DNA of 60,506 bases from Candidatus Sericytochromatia bacterium (GTDB lineage Bacteria; Cyanobacteriota; Sericytochromatia; S15B-MN24; VGJW01), in assembly GCA_035285865.1 (NCBI GenBank), contig JAYKHS010000018.1, forward strand, positions 1 to 60,506. The letters run 5' to 3'. Under the pieces are notes generated by a model. That model did not search any database. It was not told where the DNA came from and saw nothing but the letters and a program-made list of their open reading frames with translations. Positions 1 to 9,608 of this stretch are shown here, piece by piece (within the stretch, counting starts at the first letter, position 1; the number at the start of each line of letters is the position of its first letter). The position numbers were made by a program, and so were the translations under genes.

Positions 1-316
1 CGGCCAGATCTTCCGGGGTCTTGAGCACCCCGCCACCGAAACTCAACCGCAGGACAGGGTGCTTGACCGACCAATCCCAATGATCGTCGGCGTGCAAGCC
101 GGTGAAGAGCGCCCGGTTCCCCTCGAAGAGCTCCTTGAGCGTGTCGAGGAACAGGCTCTTTCCGAAGCGGCGGGGACGGGACAGGAAGTAATGCTTGCCG
201 TTGGCGACGAGGCGCAAGGCCATAGCCGTCTTGTCGACGTAGTAGTGTCCGTTCTCCCGGATCTCGCGGAAGGTCTGGATCCCCAGCGGCAGCTTCTTGC
301 GTGGCGTCGCGCCCAT
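1..316 (-). CDS. AAA-ATPase-like protein (family usually fused to a C-terminal PD-(D/E)XK nuclease); only the N-terminal part is present, truncated by the window start
   Basis: Not in the ORF track. Manual translation from ATG at 316 gives MGATPRKKLPLGIQTFREIRENGHYYVDKT...YFLSRPRRFGKSLFLDTL, with the family motifs LPxGIQTF, YYVDKT and Walker A RPRRFGKS. Confidence 0.9.
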   Translation of the reverse strand, partial: MGATPRKKLPLGIQTFREIRENGHYYVDKTAMALRLVANGKHYFLSRPRRFGKSLFLDTLKELFEGNRALFTGLHADDHWDWSVKHPVLRLSFGGGVLKTPEDLA

Positions 317-409
317 GGAGGTCATCATACCCGTGCGTCCGGACGCGCGCCCACCGCCGGCACCACCCGCATCGGACAAGTAGAATGAGCCATCGGAACG
401 GAGTACCTG

Positions 410-1057
410 ATGTCGGTTGCAAGAAGCCAGCCCGTGCCCATGGCAGGACGAGGCGGCCTTGCGGTCGTTGCCGGCATCGGGGCAGTCATGCTCGCGAGCA
501 AGCCTGTTTCCGCCTCCACCTTGCCGACGCTTGACTTCCAACCCGACTGGACGACCCTCTCGGCAGGATGGCTGACGCTGGCCTGCGATCGCGCGCTGGA
601 TGACAGGACCTCAATCGGGGCAGCGGCCTCTCCCCTGCTGGGCGTCGTCGGCTTGCGCTGGACCCGTCGGCTATCCGGAGATGCGGATACGGCGTCGCTG
701 GGCTTCAGCATGCACCTCGGCACCACGCTCCCCGACTTCACGGGCATGCCCAAGACCGACTTCTACGGTTCCTTGCTGGCTCCGATGCAGGACATCACCT
801 ACCGCACGGACACCTATGCCGGATGGACGACGGTCCTTCACCCACAACTGATTGCATCACTCCCGCTGGGCCCCCTGAGGCTCCGCGTGGCTGTGGGACC
901 GGCAGCCCTGCTCAGCAGCCTGACCCATGGAACAGGCCAGAAGCTTCGAAGCGACCTGGTTCTGGTGGTCAACCCCGAACTGGCCCTGCGCATCCTGCCC
1001 GGTACCGAACTGACCCTTCTCGGACAGGGGCTGGCGGGCGTGAGGACCACGCTGTGA
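410..1057 (+). CDS. Hypothetical exported protein, possibly a small outer-membrane beta-barrel (start may be 440)
   Basis: Signal-peptide-like MAGRGGLAVVAGIGAVMLASKPVSA, followed by alternating amphipathic strand patterns. The stop overlaps the GTG of the next gene. Confidence 0.55.
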   Translation: MSVARSQPVPMAGRGGLAVVAGIGAVMLASKPVSASTLPTLDFQPDWTTLSAGWLTLACDRALDDRTSIGAAASPLLGVVGLRWTRRLSGDADTASLGFSMHLGTTLPDFTGMPKTDFYGSLLAPMQDITYRTDTYAGWTTVLHPQLIASLPLGPLRLRVAVGPAALLSSLTHGTGQKLRSDLVLVVNPELALRILPGTELTLLGQGLAGVRTTL

Positions 1058-1431
1058 GCCTTCGCGCGGCGACCCACCCCACCCGCCTGCTCGTGCTTCT
1101 GGCGCTGGCCGGATGCTTCAACATCCCCCTCGCCTCAGGCTACTGGGTCATCCGGCCGGAAGACGGCTGTTCGCCCGTGAGCGGATCGAAGCGGATGAGA
1201 GACCTGCCCGACTGCCCTGAGGCCACGCCCAGCGCCACACCTTCGGCCGAGGCGAGCGCGACGCCACGAACGACGCCTGCGTCGGATCCGACGCCAACGC
1301 CCTCTCCATCACCGACGCCGACACCGTCCCCCAGCCCCGCGGCATCCCCGACACCCGAACCGACGGACACGCCGTCACCCTCGCCCGCTCCGCCGCTCAC
1401 GCCCACGGATCCTCCGCTGCTCGAGACCTGA
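1054..1431 (+). CDS. Lipoprotein with a Pro/Thr/Ser-rich tail
   Basis: GTG at 1054 overlaps the upstream TGA. Lipobox LLALAGC, then (PT/PS)n repeats. Confidence 0.7.
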   Translation: MSLRAATHPTRLLVLLALAGCFNIPLASGYWVIRPEDGCSPVSGSKRMRDLPDCPEATPSATPSAEASATPRTTPASDPTPTPSPSPTPTPSPSPAASPTPEPTDTPSPSPAPPLTPTDPPLLET

Positions 1432-1514
1432 GAGGGTCCTTGCGCCAAATCCCGAATGGTTCCGGCCATCTCTTCGCCACACACCCATGGGCGGCCGGGT
1501 ACGATATCTTCGGC

Positions 1515-1697
1515 ATGCAAATCCGACGCCTCAAGCTCGGGGAACCTGAGCCAGACGACTGGTCGGGAAAGTCCCCCTCCGAACGTTTGCTGGCGGTATG
1601 GGACCTGACACGCACGGCGTGGGCCTTCAAGACGGGAGGAACTGTTGACCCCCGACTACCTCGACATGTTGCGCGTCTTGTCCGAAGAAAACGTTGA
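1515..1697 (+). CDS. Small hypothetical protein (60 aa), likely partner of the downstream nucleotidyltransferase
   Basis: MQIRRLKLGEPEPDDWSGKSPSERLLAVWDLT...PRLPRHVARLVRRKR; overlaps the NTase gene. Confidence 0.55.
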   Translation: MQIRRLKLGEPEPDDWSGKSPSERLLAVWDLTRTAWAFKTGGTVDPRLPRHVARLVRRKR

Positions 1698-2097
1698 CTT
1701 TTTGGTCGTCGGTGCGCACGCCCGATCGGTTCACGGCACCCCGAGGGCAACCGGCGACCTTGACATTTTCATTCGGCGCACACCGGAGAACGTCCGTAAG
1801 GCACTGGAGGCCCTGAGACGATTCGGGGCACCTTTGGCCGAGATCAGCGAAGCCGACCTTCTGGAACCCGAGACGGTCTTCCAGATTGGCGTCACCCCCA
1901 ATCGGATCGACCTGCTCAATGACCTGTCCGGCGTCACCTTCGAAGAGGCCTGGCCGCAGCGGACGTCAGCCCTGATCGGTGACCTGAGTATTCCAGTCAT
2001 CGGACGAGAAGCCTACCTGCGAAACAAGCGTGCGACCGGCCGCCTGAAGGATCTCGCGGATGTCGAGGATGTCGAAGGCCATCCGTCGCAGGAGTGA
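1645..2097 (+). CDS. Minimal nucleotidyltransferase (DUF6036/AbiEii-like Pol-beta fold)
   Basis: VVGAHA...HGTPRATGDLD, RIDLL and C-terminal NKRATGRLKDLAD motifs. Confidence 0.8.
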   Translation: MTPDYLDMLRVLSEENVDFLVVGAHARSVHGTPRATGDLDIFIRRTPENVRKALEALRRFGAPLAEISEADLLEPETVFQIGVTPNRIDLLNDLSGVTFEEAWPQRTSALIGDLSIPVIGREAYLRNKRATGRLKDLADVEDVEGHPSQE

Positions 2098-2137
2098 GTC
2101 CGCTTGTACTTGCCTGAACCCGCCGCCAAGGGTCAGG

Positions 2138-2956
2138 ATGAACCCGATGCCTCACGTCCCTTTTGTCCCTCTGCTGCTCGCCTGCCTGCTGCCCCTCGGA
2201 CCGCTGGCAGCCGCCGCACCGAAACCAGTCGCAGCGACCGGGACCGAACCTACCCTGCGCTTCGTGAAGGTGACCGGTGGAATCCGGCCAGACGGTGTGC
2301 AGGTCCGCCCCTTCCTGCTCCAGGCAACCGAGGTGACCCAGCGTCAGTGGCGCGCCTTGTTGCATAGCGAGCCATCCGCTTTCACGGCCTGCGACGACTG
2401 CCCGGTCGAGTCCGTCAACTGGACCGAGGCGGCGGCATTCGCCAACGCGCTCTCGCGTCGGGATGGGCTGCCCGAAAGCTACATCCTGGAAAAGTGCCGC
2501 GCCTATCCGGGCACCGGGACGACCTGCAAGATCGTCCGGCTGGCCAGCCCCGATCCCCAGTCCCTGAAGGGCTACCGACTGCCAACGGAAGCCGAATGGG
2601 CATGGGCGGCGGGCGCCGCGAGGAAACCTGCCGGACCGTCGGCCAAGACCCACCCGGCAGGTTGGCTCAAGGCCAATGCCGGGAATCGGACCCACGCCGT
2701 CGGCGGACTTCCATCCCAGCCTCCCGGCGTCCATGACCTTTTCGGCAATGTCTGGGAGTGGTGCCACGACATCGCCATCGATCCCAACAAGCAACGCCGA
2801 GGACAGCCCGAAGATCCCGCCAGGGGCACGTACAGGGTCGTGAAGGGCGGATCATGGGCGACTGGCCCGGAGGCGGCCCGCCCGGAAGGCCGGGAACCCG
2901 TGCACATGAATTACCGGGATCCCAGCGTGGGCTTCCGGCTGGCCCGAAGCCTCTGA
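2138..2956 (+). CDS. Exported FGE-sulfatase (SUMF1/EgtB/PvdO) domain protein
   Basis: Signal peptide, then TEVTQ, PVESVNW, YRLPTEAEW, DLFGNVWEW, RVVKGGSW and GFRLAR. Confidence 0.9.
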   Translation: MNPMPHVPFVPLLLACLLPLGPLAAAAPKPVAATGTEPTLRFVKVTGGIRPDGVQVRPFLLQATEVTQRQWRALLHSEPSAFTACDDCPVESVNWTEAAAFANALSRRDGLPESYILEKCRAYPGTGTTCKIVRLASPDPQSLKGYRLPTEAEWAWAAGAARKPAGPSAKTHPAGWLKANAGNRTHAVGGLPSQPPGVHDLFGNVWEWCHDIAIDPNKQRRGQPEDPARGTYRVVKGGSWATGPEAARPEGREPVHMNYRDPSVGFRLARSL

Positions 2957-2982
2957 GGGACAGGGGCCCCGGACAAGAAAGC

Positions 2983-3280
2983 GGGCGCGAAGGCCCCCCG
3001 ACCTTCGCGCCCACCGAGCAATCCATCTCGCCACATATCGGGCTTGCCGGCCCCCCGACCGGCGCGCCCTTCACAGGGATGTCATCGGCCGCAAAGCGAC
3101 CAGGTGCGCTAGATTTCATCGCATCGTAACAATGCCGCGGACTCAGCCTCGGGGGGTGAATCGCCCCGCCCCCAAATGGTGCAGGGCGCAAAGGCCCCCC
3201 GACCTTCGCGCCCCGCCACGCCACCGATTTTCCTGCCCCCCTCTTGCCTTTGCCGGCCATCCGACCGGCGCGTCCCTCAC
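2983..3280. repeat. Duplicated REP/BIME-like palindromic units, period about 200 bp
   Basis: GGGCGC(G/A)AAGG-CCCCCCGA-CCTTCGCGCCC at 2983-3012 and 3184-3213. TTGCCGGCC..CCGACCGGCGCG.CC.TCAC at 3044-3074 and 3250-3280. Confidence 0.75.
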
Positions 3281-3648
3281 ACGAGGAATATGGGGCGTTC
3301 TTCAGGCCCCAGCGTTATCTTTCATCAATCCGAAACAGAATGGCCGGCCGGCAAGCCCGGGTCTGATGCGTGCGGGAGTCAACTCGCTCCAAGCAAAATT
3401 CCCCGATCTTTCCGGCCCAAGCCCGCCGACCCGGGGAGTGCTCAATCGGTCACAAGCCTTTGAAAGCCAGATGACCGGGGTCGGAGCCGGTCATCTGACG
3501 GCACGCAAGTCTCCGCGGTGAACCACCCCACTCGGCCTTCGCGCCACACCCGGCGGCCAGGCGGTCTCCCCGAGGTCATCTCAAGGATTGCCTCGCCCCC
3601 CGTTCCCATGCCGTACAATGGGGCGCCCCCCGACCGACCAACGGACCC

Positions 3649-4101
3649 ATGCGCATCGCGATCGGCAGCGACCACGGCGGCTTCCCGCTCAAGGAAGCGC
3701 TGCGTGCCTATGTGCAGGGCCTGGGGCACATCGTGACGGACGTGGGCACCTACAGCACGGTGGCCTGCGACTATCCGGACTACGCCCTGAAGGTAGCCGG
3801 CGCCGTGGCGACGGGCGAGGCCGACTGCGGCATCATGATCGACGGCGCAGGCATCGGCAGCAGCATGGTCGCCAACAAGCTGCCGGGTATCCGTGCCGCC
3901 CTGTGCAACGACATGTACGCCGCCCGCAACGCCCGCGAGCACAATGACGCCAACGTGCTCACGCTGGGCGCGCGCGTCATCGGGCCGGGCCTTGCGGAAG
4001 AGGTCGTGCGCCTGTTCCTCGACACGGCCTTCGCCAGTCGTCACCAGCCCCGCATCGACAAGATCCACGCCCTCGAGCGCGAGCTCCATCGGAACGGATG
4101 A
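3649..4101 (+). CDS. rpiB: Ribose-5-phosphate isomerase B (BMC-associated)
   Basis: [39 protein letters not shown]. Confidence 0.93.
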   Translation: MRIAIGSDHGGFPLKEALRAYVQGLGHIVTDVGTYSTVACDYPDYALKVAGAVATGEADCGIMIDGAGIGSSMVANKLPGIRAALCNDMYAARNAREHNDANVLTLGARVIGPGLAEEVVRLFLDTAFASRHQPRIDKIHALERELHRNG

Positions 4102-5318
4102 CCTCCATGTCCACGTCCGGCCGCCGCACCCTCGTCCTCTACACCGAGGACCACCGCAACCTGCCTGCCGTCCTCGACGCGACGCAGGCCGCCGGCCACA
4201 AGGTCCGCCTGTGGCAGCCCCGCTGGGCCCGCCCGCTCAAGGCCCTCGCGGTCGAGACGCTGGCCGCCGAGACAGCCGATCCGGCCAAGGTCCTGGGCGA
4301 CACGGACCTCATCGTGCTGCCGTCCGTCCCGGACAGCCTGATCAAATTGCTGGCCTCCCCCGACGAGGAGAGCCCGACCATCCGCCTGGTGCGCCAAGCC
4401 CGCAGGCGGGGAATCCCGATGGTCGCCCTTGCCGCCGACACTCAGGCCAAGGCCCTCGCGGCCGTCGGCATCGCACCCGTCACCATCAAGGAAGTGGCGA
4501 CTCCCGAGAAGGCCATCGCCGAACTGCCTTCCTGCGACACGTGTGCCAAGCAGTCGACCTGCGCCGTCCGTTGCAGCGGCCGGGTGCAGGACCTCGTCAC
4601 CCTCGGGGCCGCGCGCATCGGGGCCGGCGAAGGCGTGGGCGCGCCCAACCCCAAGCTGGCCCGCATGATCGACCACACCCTCCTCAAGGCCGATGCCACC
4701 GAGGACGAGATCCGCAAGCTGTGTGCCGAAGCCCGCCAGCAACGCTTCATGAGCGTCTGCGTGAACCCGGGCTGGGTGAAGCTCTCAGCCCAGCTGCTCA
4801 AGGACAGCGGCGTCAAGGTCTGCACCGTCGTGGGCTTCCCGCTGGGGGCCACCGACACGGCGACCAAGGTCTTCGAGACGCAGGAAGCCATCCGCAACGG
4901 CGCGACCGAGATCGACATGGTCATCAACGTGGGCGCGCTCAAGAGCAAGGACTACGAGACCGTCGAGAACGACATCCGGGGCGTTGTCCAGGCCTGCCCC
5001 AAGGGCATCGTCAGCAAGGTCATCCTCGAGACCGCCCTGCTCGACGACGAGCAGAAGGTCGTCGCCTGCGCCCTGTCCAAGAGCGCCGGGGCCGACTTCG
5101 TGAAGACCTCGACGGGCTTCTCGACCGGCGGGGCCACCGTGCGCGACATCGCGCTCATGCGGGCCACCGTCGGCCCCGAGCTGGGCGTCAAGGCCTCGGG
5201 CGGCATCCGCGACACCAGGACCGCCCAGGACATGATTGCCGCCGGCGCCACCCGCATCGGGGCGAGTGCCTCGGTCGCGATTGTCAAAGGTGTCTCCGCC
5301 GGGGCAGGTAGTTACTAG
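4098..5318 (+). CDS. deoC: Deoxyribose-phosphate aldolase with an approximately 185-aa N-terminal extension (Rossmann-like segment plus Cys4 motif)
   Basis: [48 protein letters not shown]-terminal [14 protein letters not shown]. Confidence 0.95.
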   Translation: MTSMSTSGRRTLVLYTEDHRNLPAVLDATQAAGHKVRLWQPRWARPLKALAVETLAAETADPAKVLGDTDLIVLPSVPDSLIKLLASPDEESPTIRLVRQARRRGIPMVALAADTQAKALAAVGIAPVTIKEVATPEKAIAELPSCDTCAKQSTCAVRCSGRVQDLVTLGAARIGAGEGVGAPNPKLARMIDHTLLKADATEDEIRKLCAEARQQRFMSVCVNPGWVKLSAQLLKDSGVKVCTVVGFPLGATDTATKVFETQEAIRNGATEIDMVINVGALKSKDYETVENDIRGVVQACPKGIVSKVILETALLDDEQKVVACALSKSAGADFVKTSTGFSTGGATVRDIALMRATVGPELGVKASGGIRDTRTAQDMIAAGATRIGASASVAIVKGVSAGAGSY

Positions 5319-5375
5319 CCCCTTCGCATCCCCTTCCGTCCCCCGTCCCCACCCGCATCCGCCCCGAGGGCTCCC

Positions 5376-6011
5376 ATGGCCGAGAACGTCCAGCTTCGCA
5401 CCTTCTGCTACATCGACGCGATGCAGCCGCAGTTCGCGGCCTTCATGGCCTCGGTCGCGTCCGGCTATCTGCCGGTCGAGGGCCAGGCAGCCCTCTATGT
5501 CGAAGTCGCACCCGGCATGGAGATCAACCGCCTGATGGACGTGGCGCTCAAGGCCACCAAGGTCACGCCCGCCGAGCAGATCGTCGAACGCCAGTACGGC
5601 ATGCTGGAGCTGCACGCCGACGAGCAGGCCGAGGTCCGGCAGGCCGGGGACGCCATCCTGCGCGCGATGGGCAAGACCGAAGCCGACCGCCTCAAGCCCA
5701 AGGTCGTCTCGAACCAGATTATCCACCGCGTCACGGACCATCAGGCCATGCTGATCAACCGCAGCGGCCGCAAAGGCATGATGCTGGTCGCCAAGCAGAC
5801 CCTCTTCATCATGGAGACCTATCCCGCCGGCTATGCCGCCCTCGCCGCCAACGAGGCCGAGAAGGCAGCCGACGTGAACATCGTCATCATCCGGCCGACG
5901 GGTGCCTTCGGGCGCCTGTACCTGGCCGGCGACGAGGCCGAGATCCGGATTGCCCGGGATGCCGCCATGCAGGCGGTCTCGGACCTCGACGGCATCGACG
6001 AGAAGCGTTGA
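5376..6011 (+). CDS. BMC shell trimer, stacked double-ring type (BMC-Tdp, CcmP/CsoS1D-like)
   Basis: LRTFCYIDAMQPQ, EVAPG, VERQYGMLELH, ETYPAGYA, ANEAEKAA, GAFGRLYLAG. Confidence 0.93.
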   Translation: MAENVQLRTFCYIDAMQPQFAAFMASVASGYLPVEGQAALYVEVAPGMEINRLMDVALKATKVTPAEQIVERQYGMLELHADEQAEVRQAGDAILRAMGKTEADRLKPKVVSNQIIHRVTDHQAMLINRSGRKGMMLVAKQTLFIMETYPAGYAALAANEAEKAADVNIVIIRPTGAFGRLYLAGDEAEIRIARDAAMQAVSDLDGIDEKR

Positions 6012-6054
6012 CCCCTCGCCCCCTACCCAACCCAGAACCTAAGGAGAAACACCC

Positions 6055-6348
6055 ATGGCTGATGCGCTCGGCATGATCGAGACCAAGAGCTTTGCCGCCC
6101 TCGTCGAGGCGTCGGACGCGATGGTCAAGGCCGCCAAGGTCGAACTGGTGACCTACGAGAAGACCGGCGGCGGTTTCGTGACCGCCATCGTCCGCGGTGA
6201 CGTCGCCGCCGTGAAGGCCGCCACCGAGGCCGGCTCCCGCGCCGCCGAGAAGGTCGGCGAGGTCGTGGCCGTCCACGTCATCGCCCGCCCGCACGCCAAC
6301 ATCGACGCGGTCATGCCGCTCGGTCGCGGCGACGGCGCCAAGGCCTGA
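6055..6348 (+). CDS. BMC shell hexamer (BMC-H, PduA/EutM/CcmK family)
   Basis: [35 protein letters not shown]; strong RBS AAGGAG. Confidence 0.97.
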   Translation: MADALGMIETKSFAALVEASDAMVKAAKVELVTYEKTGGGFVTAIVRGDVAAVKAATEAGSRAAEKVGEVVAVHVIARPHANIDAVMPLGRGDGAKA

Positions 6349-6421
6349 TCGACCCCCTTCGTGACGCCCGGGCCCGGCCCCAGTGCCGGGTCCCGGACCG
6401 TCGCCTGACCGGAGGACCCGG

Positions 6422-6736
6422 ATGCTGATCGGACGCGTCGTCGGCACGCTCGTCGCCGACCAGAAGGACCCCAAGCTGCTGGGCAGCAAGCTGCTGGTGG
6501 TCCAGCAACTGGACATCGAGGCCCGCGACACCTCGGGCTACGTCATCGCCGCGGACTCCGTGGGCGCGGGCGAGGGCGAGGTCGTGCTCTATGCCACGGG
6601 CTCCAGCGCCCGCAACACCCACGCCACCGAGGGCAAGCCCATCGACGCGACGATCATGGCGATCGTCGACACGTGGGACGTCCACGGCGTCACCCGGTTC
6701 CAGAAAGACACGGCGCTGCCCGTCGCGTCCTGGTAG
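6422..6736 (+). CDS. BMC vertex pentamer (BMC-P, EutN/CcmL family)
   Basis: MLIGRVVGTLVA...DSVGAGEGEVV...GSSAR...PIDATIMAIVD; RBS GGAGG. Confidence 0.95.
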   Translation: MLIGRVVGTLVADQKDPKLLGSKLLVVQQLDIEARDTSGYVIAADSVGAGEGEVVLYATGSSARNTHATEGKPIDATIMAIVDTWDVHGVTRFQKDTALPVASW

Positions 6737-6784
6737 GCCGTCCGCCGGCCCCTTCCGCGTCCCCCACCCGGAGACTTCCCGCCC

Positions 6785-8218
6785 ATGTCGATGTCCCAGG
6801 CCCAGCTGAGCGCCCTCGTCCAACGCGTCCTCCAGCGCGTCGAGGATGGCGGGGGCGGCCACATCGCGGCCGTGCCCGGCGGCGGAACCGTGGAAGGGGT
6901 CTACCCGACGCTGGATGCTGCCGTCGCCGCGGCCAACAAGGCCCAGCAGACCCTCGAGTGGCACCGGTCGATGGCGGATCGGGCCCGGATCATCGAAGCC
7001 ATGCGCGCGATGATGCGCGACAACCTCGAGACCATCGCCCGCCTCGCGGTGGAAGAGACCGGCCTCGGGCGCGTCGATCACAAGGTCATCAAGAACCGGC
7101 TCGTCACCAACAAGACGCCCGGCACAGAGGACCTGACCTCGCAGGTCTGGACCGGCGACCACGGCCTGACGCTGTACGAGTTCGCGCCCTGGGGCGTCAT
7201 CGGGGCCATCTGCCCCACGACCAACCCTTCCGAGACCGTCATCTGCAACGCCATCGGGATGATCGCCGCCGGCAACGCGGTGGTCTTCCAGCCCCACCCC
7301 AGCGCGAAGCGCGTCACGCATCTGACGATCGGCCTGCTCAACCGGGCCATCGTCTCGGCCGGCGGTCCGCCCGATCTCATCACCACCATCGCCGAGCCCA
7401 CCATGGAAACGGCGACCGCGCTGATGAAGCATCCCGGCATCCGCCTGCTGGTCGTCACGGGCGGCCCCGGCGTGGTCAAGGCAGCGATGGCCTCGGGCAA
7501 GAAGACCATTGCGGCAGGCCCTGGCAACCCGCCCTCCCTCTGCGACGAGACGGCCGACCTCGAGAAGGCCGGCCGCGACATGGTCAACGGGGCTTCCTTC
7601 GACAACAACATCATCTGCTGCGACGAGAAAGAATTCATCGCCGTCGCGTCCATCGCGGACGAACTCAAGGGCCACATGCGCAAGGCTGGGGCCTTCGAGG
7701 TCGATGCCGACCAGGCCGAGCGCCTGATGAAGGCCATCCTCGCCACCGACCGCGGCCCCGGCCAGCATTCCGACGTCAACAAGAAGTTCGTCGGCAAGGA
7801 TGCGGGCGTGATTCTGCGCGAGATCGGCATCAACGTCGGCCCCGAGATCAAGCTCGTCATCGCCGAGGTCAACCGCAACCACACCCTCCTCCACACCGAG
7901 CAACTGATGCCCGTCATCCCCTTCACGCGGGTGCGGGACTTCCACGAGGGGCTGGAACTGGCGCGCGAGGTCGAGCATGGCTACGGCCATACCTCGAGCA
8001 TCCACAGCCGCCGCATCGACCGCATGAGCGAGATGGCCCGGGTGATGAACACGGCCATCTTCGTGAAGAACGGCGCCCACTACTCGGGACTGGGCGAAGG
8101 TGGCGAAGGCCCGACCTCGTTCACCATCGCCCATCCCACGGGCGAAGGCCTGACCTACGCCCGGCACTTCTCGCGCATGCGCCGCTGCGCGCTCGTCGAC
8201 GCCCTGCGGATCGTCTGA
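6785..8218 (+). CDS. Acylating aldehyde dehydrogenase (EutE/PduP family) with an N-terminal encapsulation peptide
   Basis: PWGVIGAICPTTNP, TGGPGVV, AGPGNPP, FDNNIICCDEKE, EQLMP, TGEG. N-terminal amphipathic helix LSALVQRVLQRV followed by a Gly linker. Confidence 0.95.
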   Translation: MSMSQAQLSALVQRVLQRVEDGGGGHIAAVPGGGTVEGVYPTLDAAVAAANKAQQTLEWHRSMADRARIIEAMRAMMRDNLETIARLAVEETGLGRVDHKVIKNRLVTNKTPGTEDLTSQVWTGDHGLTLYEFAPWGVIGAICPTTNPSETVICNAIGMIAAGNAVVFQPHPSAKRVTHLTIGLLNRAIVSAGGPPDLITTIAEPTMETATALMKHPGIRLLVVTGGPGVVKAAMASGKKTIAAGPGNPPSLCDETADLEKAGRDMVNGASFDNNIICCDEKEFIAVASIADELKGHMRKAGAFEVDADQAERLMKAILATDRGPGQHSDVNKKFVGKDAGVILREIGINVGPEIKLVIAEVNRNHTLLHTEQLMPVIPFTRVRDFHEGLELAREVEHGYGHTSSIHSRRIDRMSEMARVMNTAIFVKNGAHYSGLGEGGEGPTSFTIAHPTGEGLTYARHFSRMRRCALVDALRIV

Positions 8219-8231
8219 CACGCAGATCGCC

Positions 8232-9608
8232 ATGGCCCTCCACGCCGCCTCCGCACGTCCCGCCGCCCTCGCCGCGGCAGCTCGGGATGCCGGCCTGCTG
8301 GATGGCCAGGGCCGCCCCCTGCATCTGCGTCTCGCGGCAGCGTGGCAGCGTGTCCTCATCGTCCCCTCGTCGGCCGATCCGGCCTGTCCGACCGATGCAA
8401 TGCTCTGGCTGCACCAGACCACGGAGCTGCTGCTGGCCCTCGAGGTACTCGCCGGTTGCCACGGCGGCGCCCGCGACCGTATCGAGGTGGCGCTCTCTTC
8501 GACGACGGCTCGTCTGCTCGACCTCGACGCCCTGCGACCCGAGCTCGAGGGGGTGGGCGTGCTGGTGCTTCCGGACCGCTACCCTGCCGCCGCGACGGAA
8601 CATGCCTGGCTGGCCCGGATGGGCCGAGCCTTTCCAGGTTGGCAGGCCGCCGCGGACGAGGGAACCCTCGTGCTGGATTCCGTGGCGCTCTGGCAACTGG
8701 GCCTGCGCGCCGGTGGCATCGTCCCGGCGCCGCGGATTCTCTCCATGACGGATGCCGGAGGCACGGCACGAGCGTGGATCCTGCCGCTGGGCAGTCCGCT
8801 GGCCCCGCTGCTCGAGGCCTTGCCTGCGGGCGAGGCTTGGGCCGGGGGTGCCCTCGCGGGGCGTCGCCTCGAAAAGGGTGACGTGCTCGGTGCCGATCTC
8901 CACTGGATTCAAGTCCTGCCAGAGGACCATGCTGCCTCGCGCCACCGTCGCGTCCCCGTCGACGTCGCGCTCAAGCGGGCGCTGTCGCTCTGCGGCACCT
9001 GCACGGCATGCACCGACTGGTGCCCCTCGGCCGACGTCCCGGCATCCGGGGGCGCCGGGGCCCCGGCACAGGCCACGACCGGCCTCGTGCCCCATCGTCT
9101 GGTTCGCCTCGCCGCGCACGGCCAAGAGGGCCAGGCAGAGCTCCTGCTGGGTGCCCGGCACTGCGGCGCCTGCGGCATCTGCAGCGTGGCGGCCTGTCCG
9201 TCCGAGGTCAATCCGGCAGCCCTGCTGGTGGCCCTGCGCGAGGGACTGGTCACGGGCGGCGTGCCCCGAACGGCGGCACCGACGGGAACGCCATCCAGGA
9301 TGACGGGAGCCATGAGCGGCCCGGCCGCGCACCACTTCCGACTCGGCGAGGACGCCCTGCTGGAGCGGTTGCGCGTCGGCCGCCCCACGGTCCTCCCCGA
9401 ACCCGCCGTGCACCAGCCGCGCAAGGTCCGCCTGCCCCTCATCGGCGACGGTCAGGTCCCGTTGGCCCCGCTGTGGCCCGAGGATGGCCAGGTCAAGGCC
9501 GGCCAGCCGGTCGCCCTCGCGCCGCGCGAGCACGGCGGCTGGCGCCTGATTGCGCCGATCTCGGGCCGCCTCGCCTGGAGCCCCGGCCAACTCGAGGTCC
9601 TGGCGTGA
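8232..9608 (+). CDS. Divergent PduS/RnfC-like Fe-S protein
   Basis: Two ferredoxin motifs, CGTCTACTDWCP and CGACGICSVAACP. The C-terminal sandwich domain PRKVRLPL...VKAGQPVA...APISG matches PduS. The N-terminal flavin/NADH motifs are eroded. Confidence 0.8.
   Translation: MALHAASARPAALAAAARDAGLLDGQGRPLHLRLAAAWQRVLIVPSSADPACPTDAMLWLHQTTELLLALEVLAGCHGGARDRIEVALSSTTARLLDLDALRPELEGVGVLVLPDRYPAAATEHAWLARMGRAFPGWQAAADEGTLVLDSVALWQLGLRAGGIVPAPRILSMTDAGGTARAWILPLGSPLAPLLEALPAGEAWAGGALAGRRLEKGDVLGADLHWIQVLPEDHAASRHRRVPVDVALKRALSLCGTCTACTDWCPSADVPASGGAGAPAQATTGLVPHRLVRLAAHGQEGQAELLLGARHCGACGICSVAACPSEVNPAALLVALREGLVTGGVPRTAAPTGTPSRMTGAMSGPAAHHFRLGEDALLERLRVGRPTVLPEPAVHQPRKVRLPLIGDGQVPLAPLWPEDGQVKAGQPVALAPREHGGWRLIAPISGRLAWSPGQLEVLA

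Noticed and set aside
1220..1410. Pro/Thr/Ser repeats as a DNA repeat element
   Set aside because: Ordinary low-complexity linker coding sequence of a lipoprotein.
2983..3280. CRISPR array
   Set aside because: Only two copies of each unit, irregular spacing, and no cas genes in the window.
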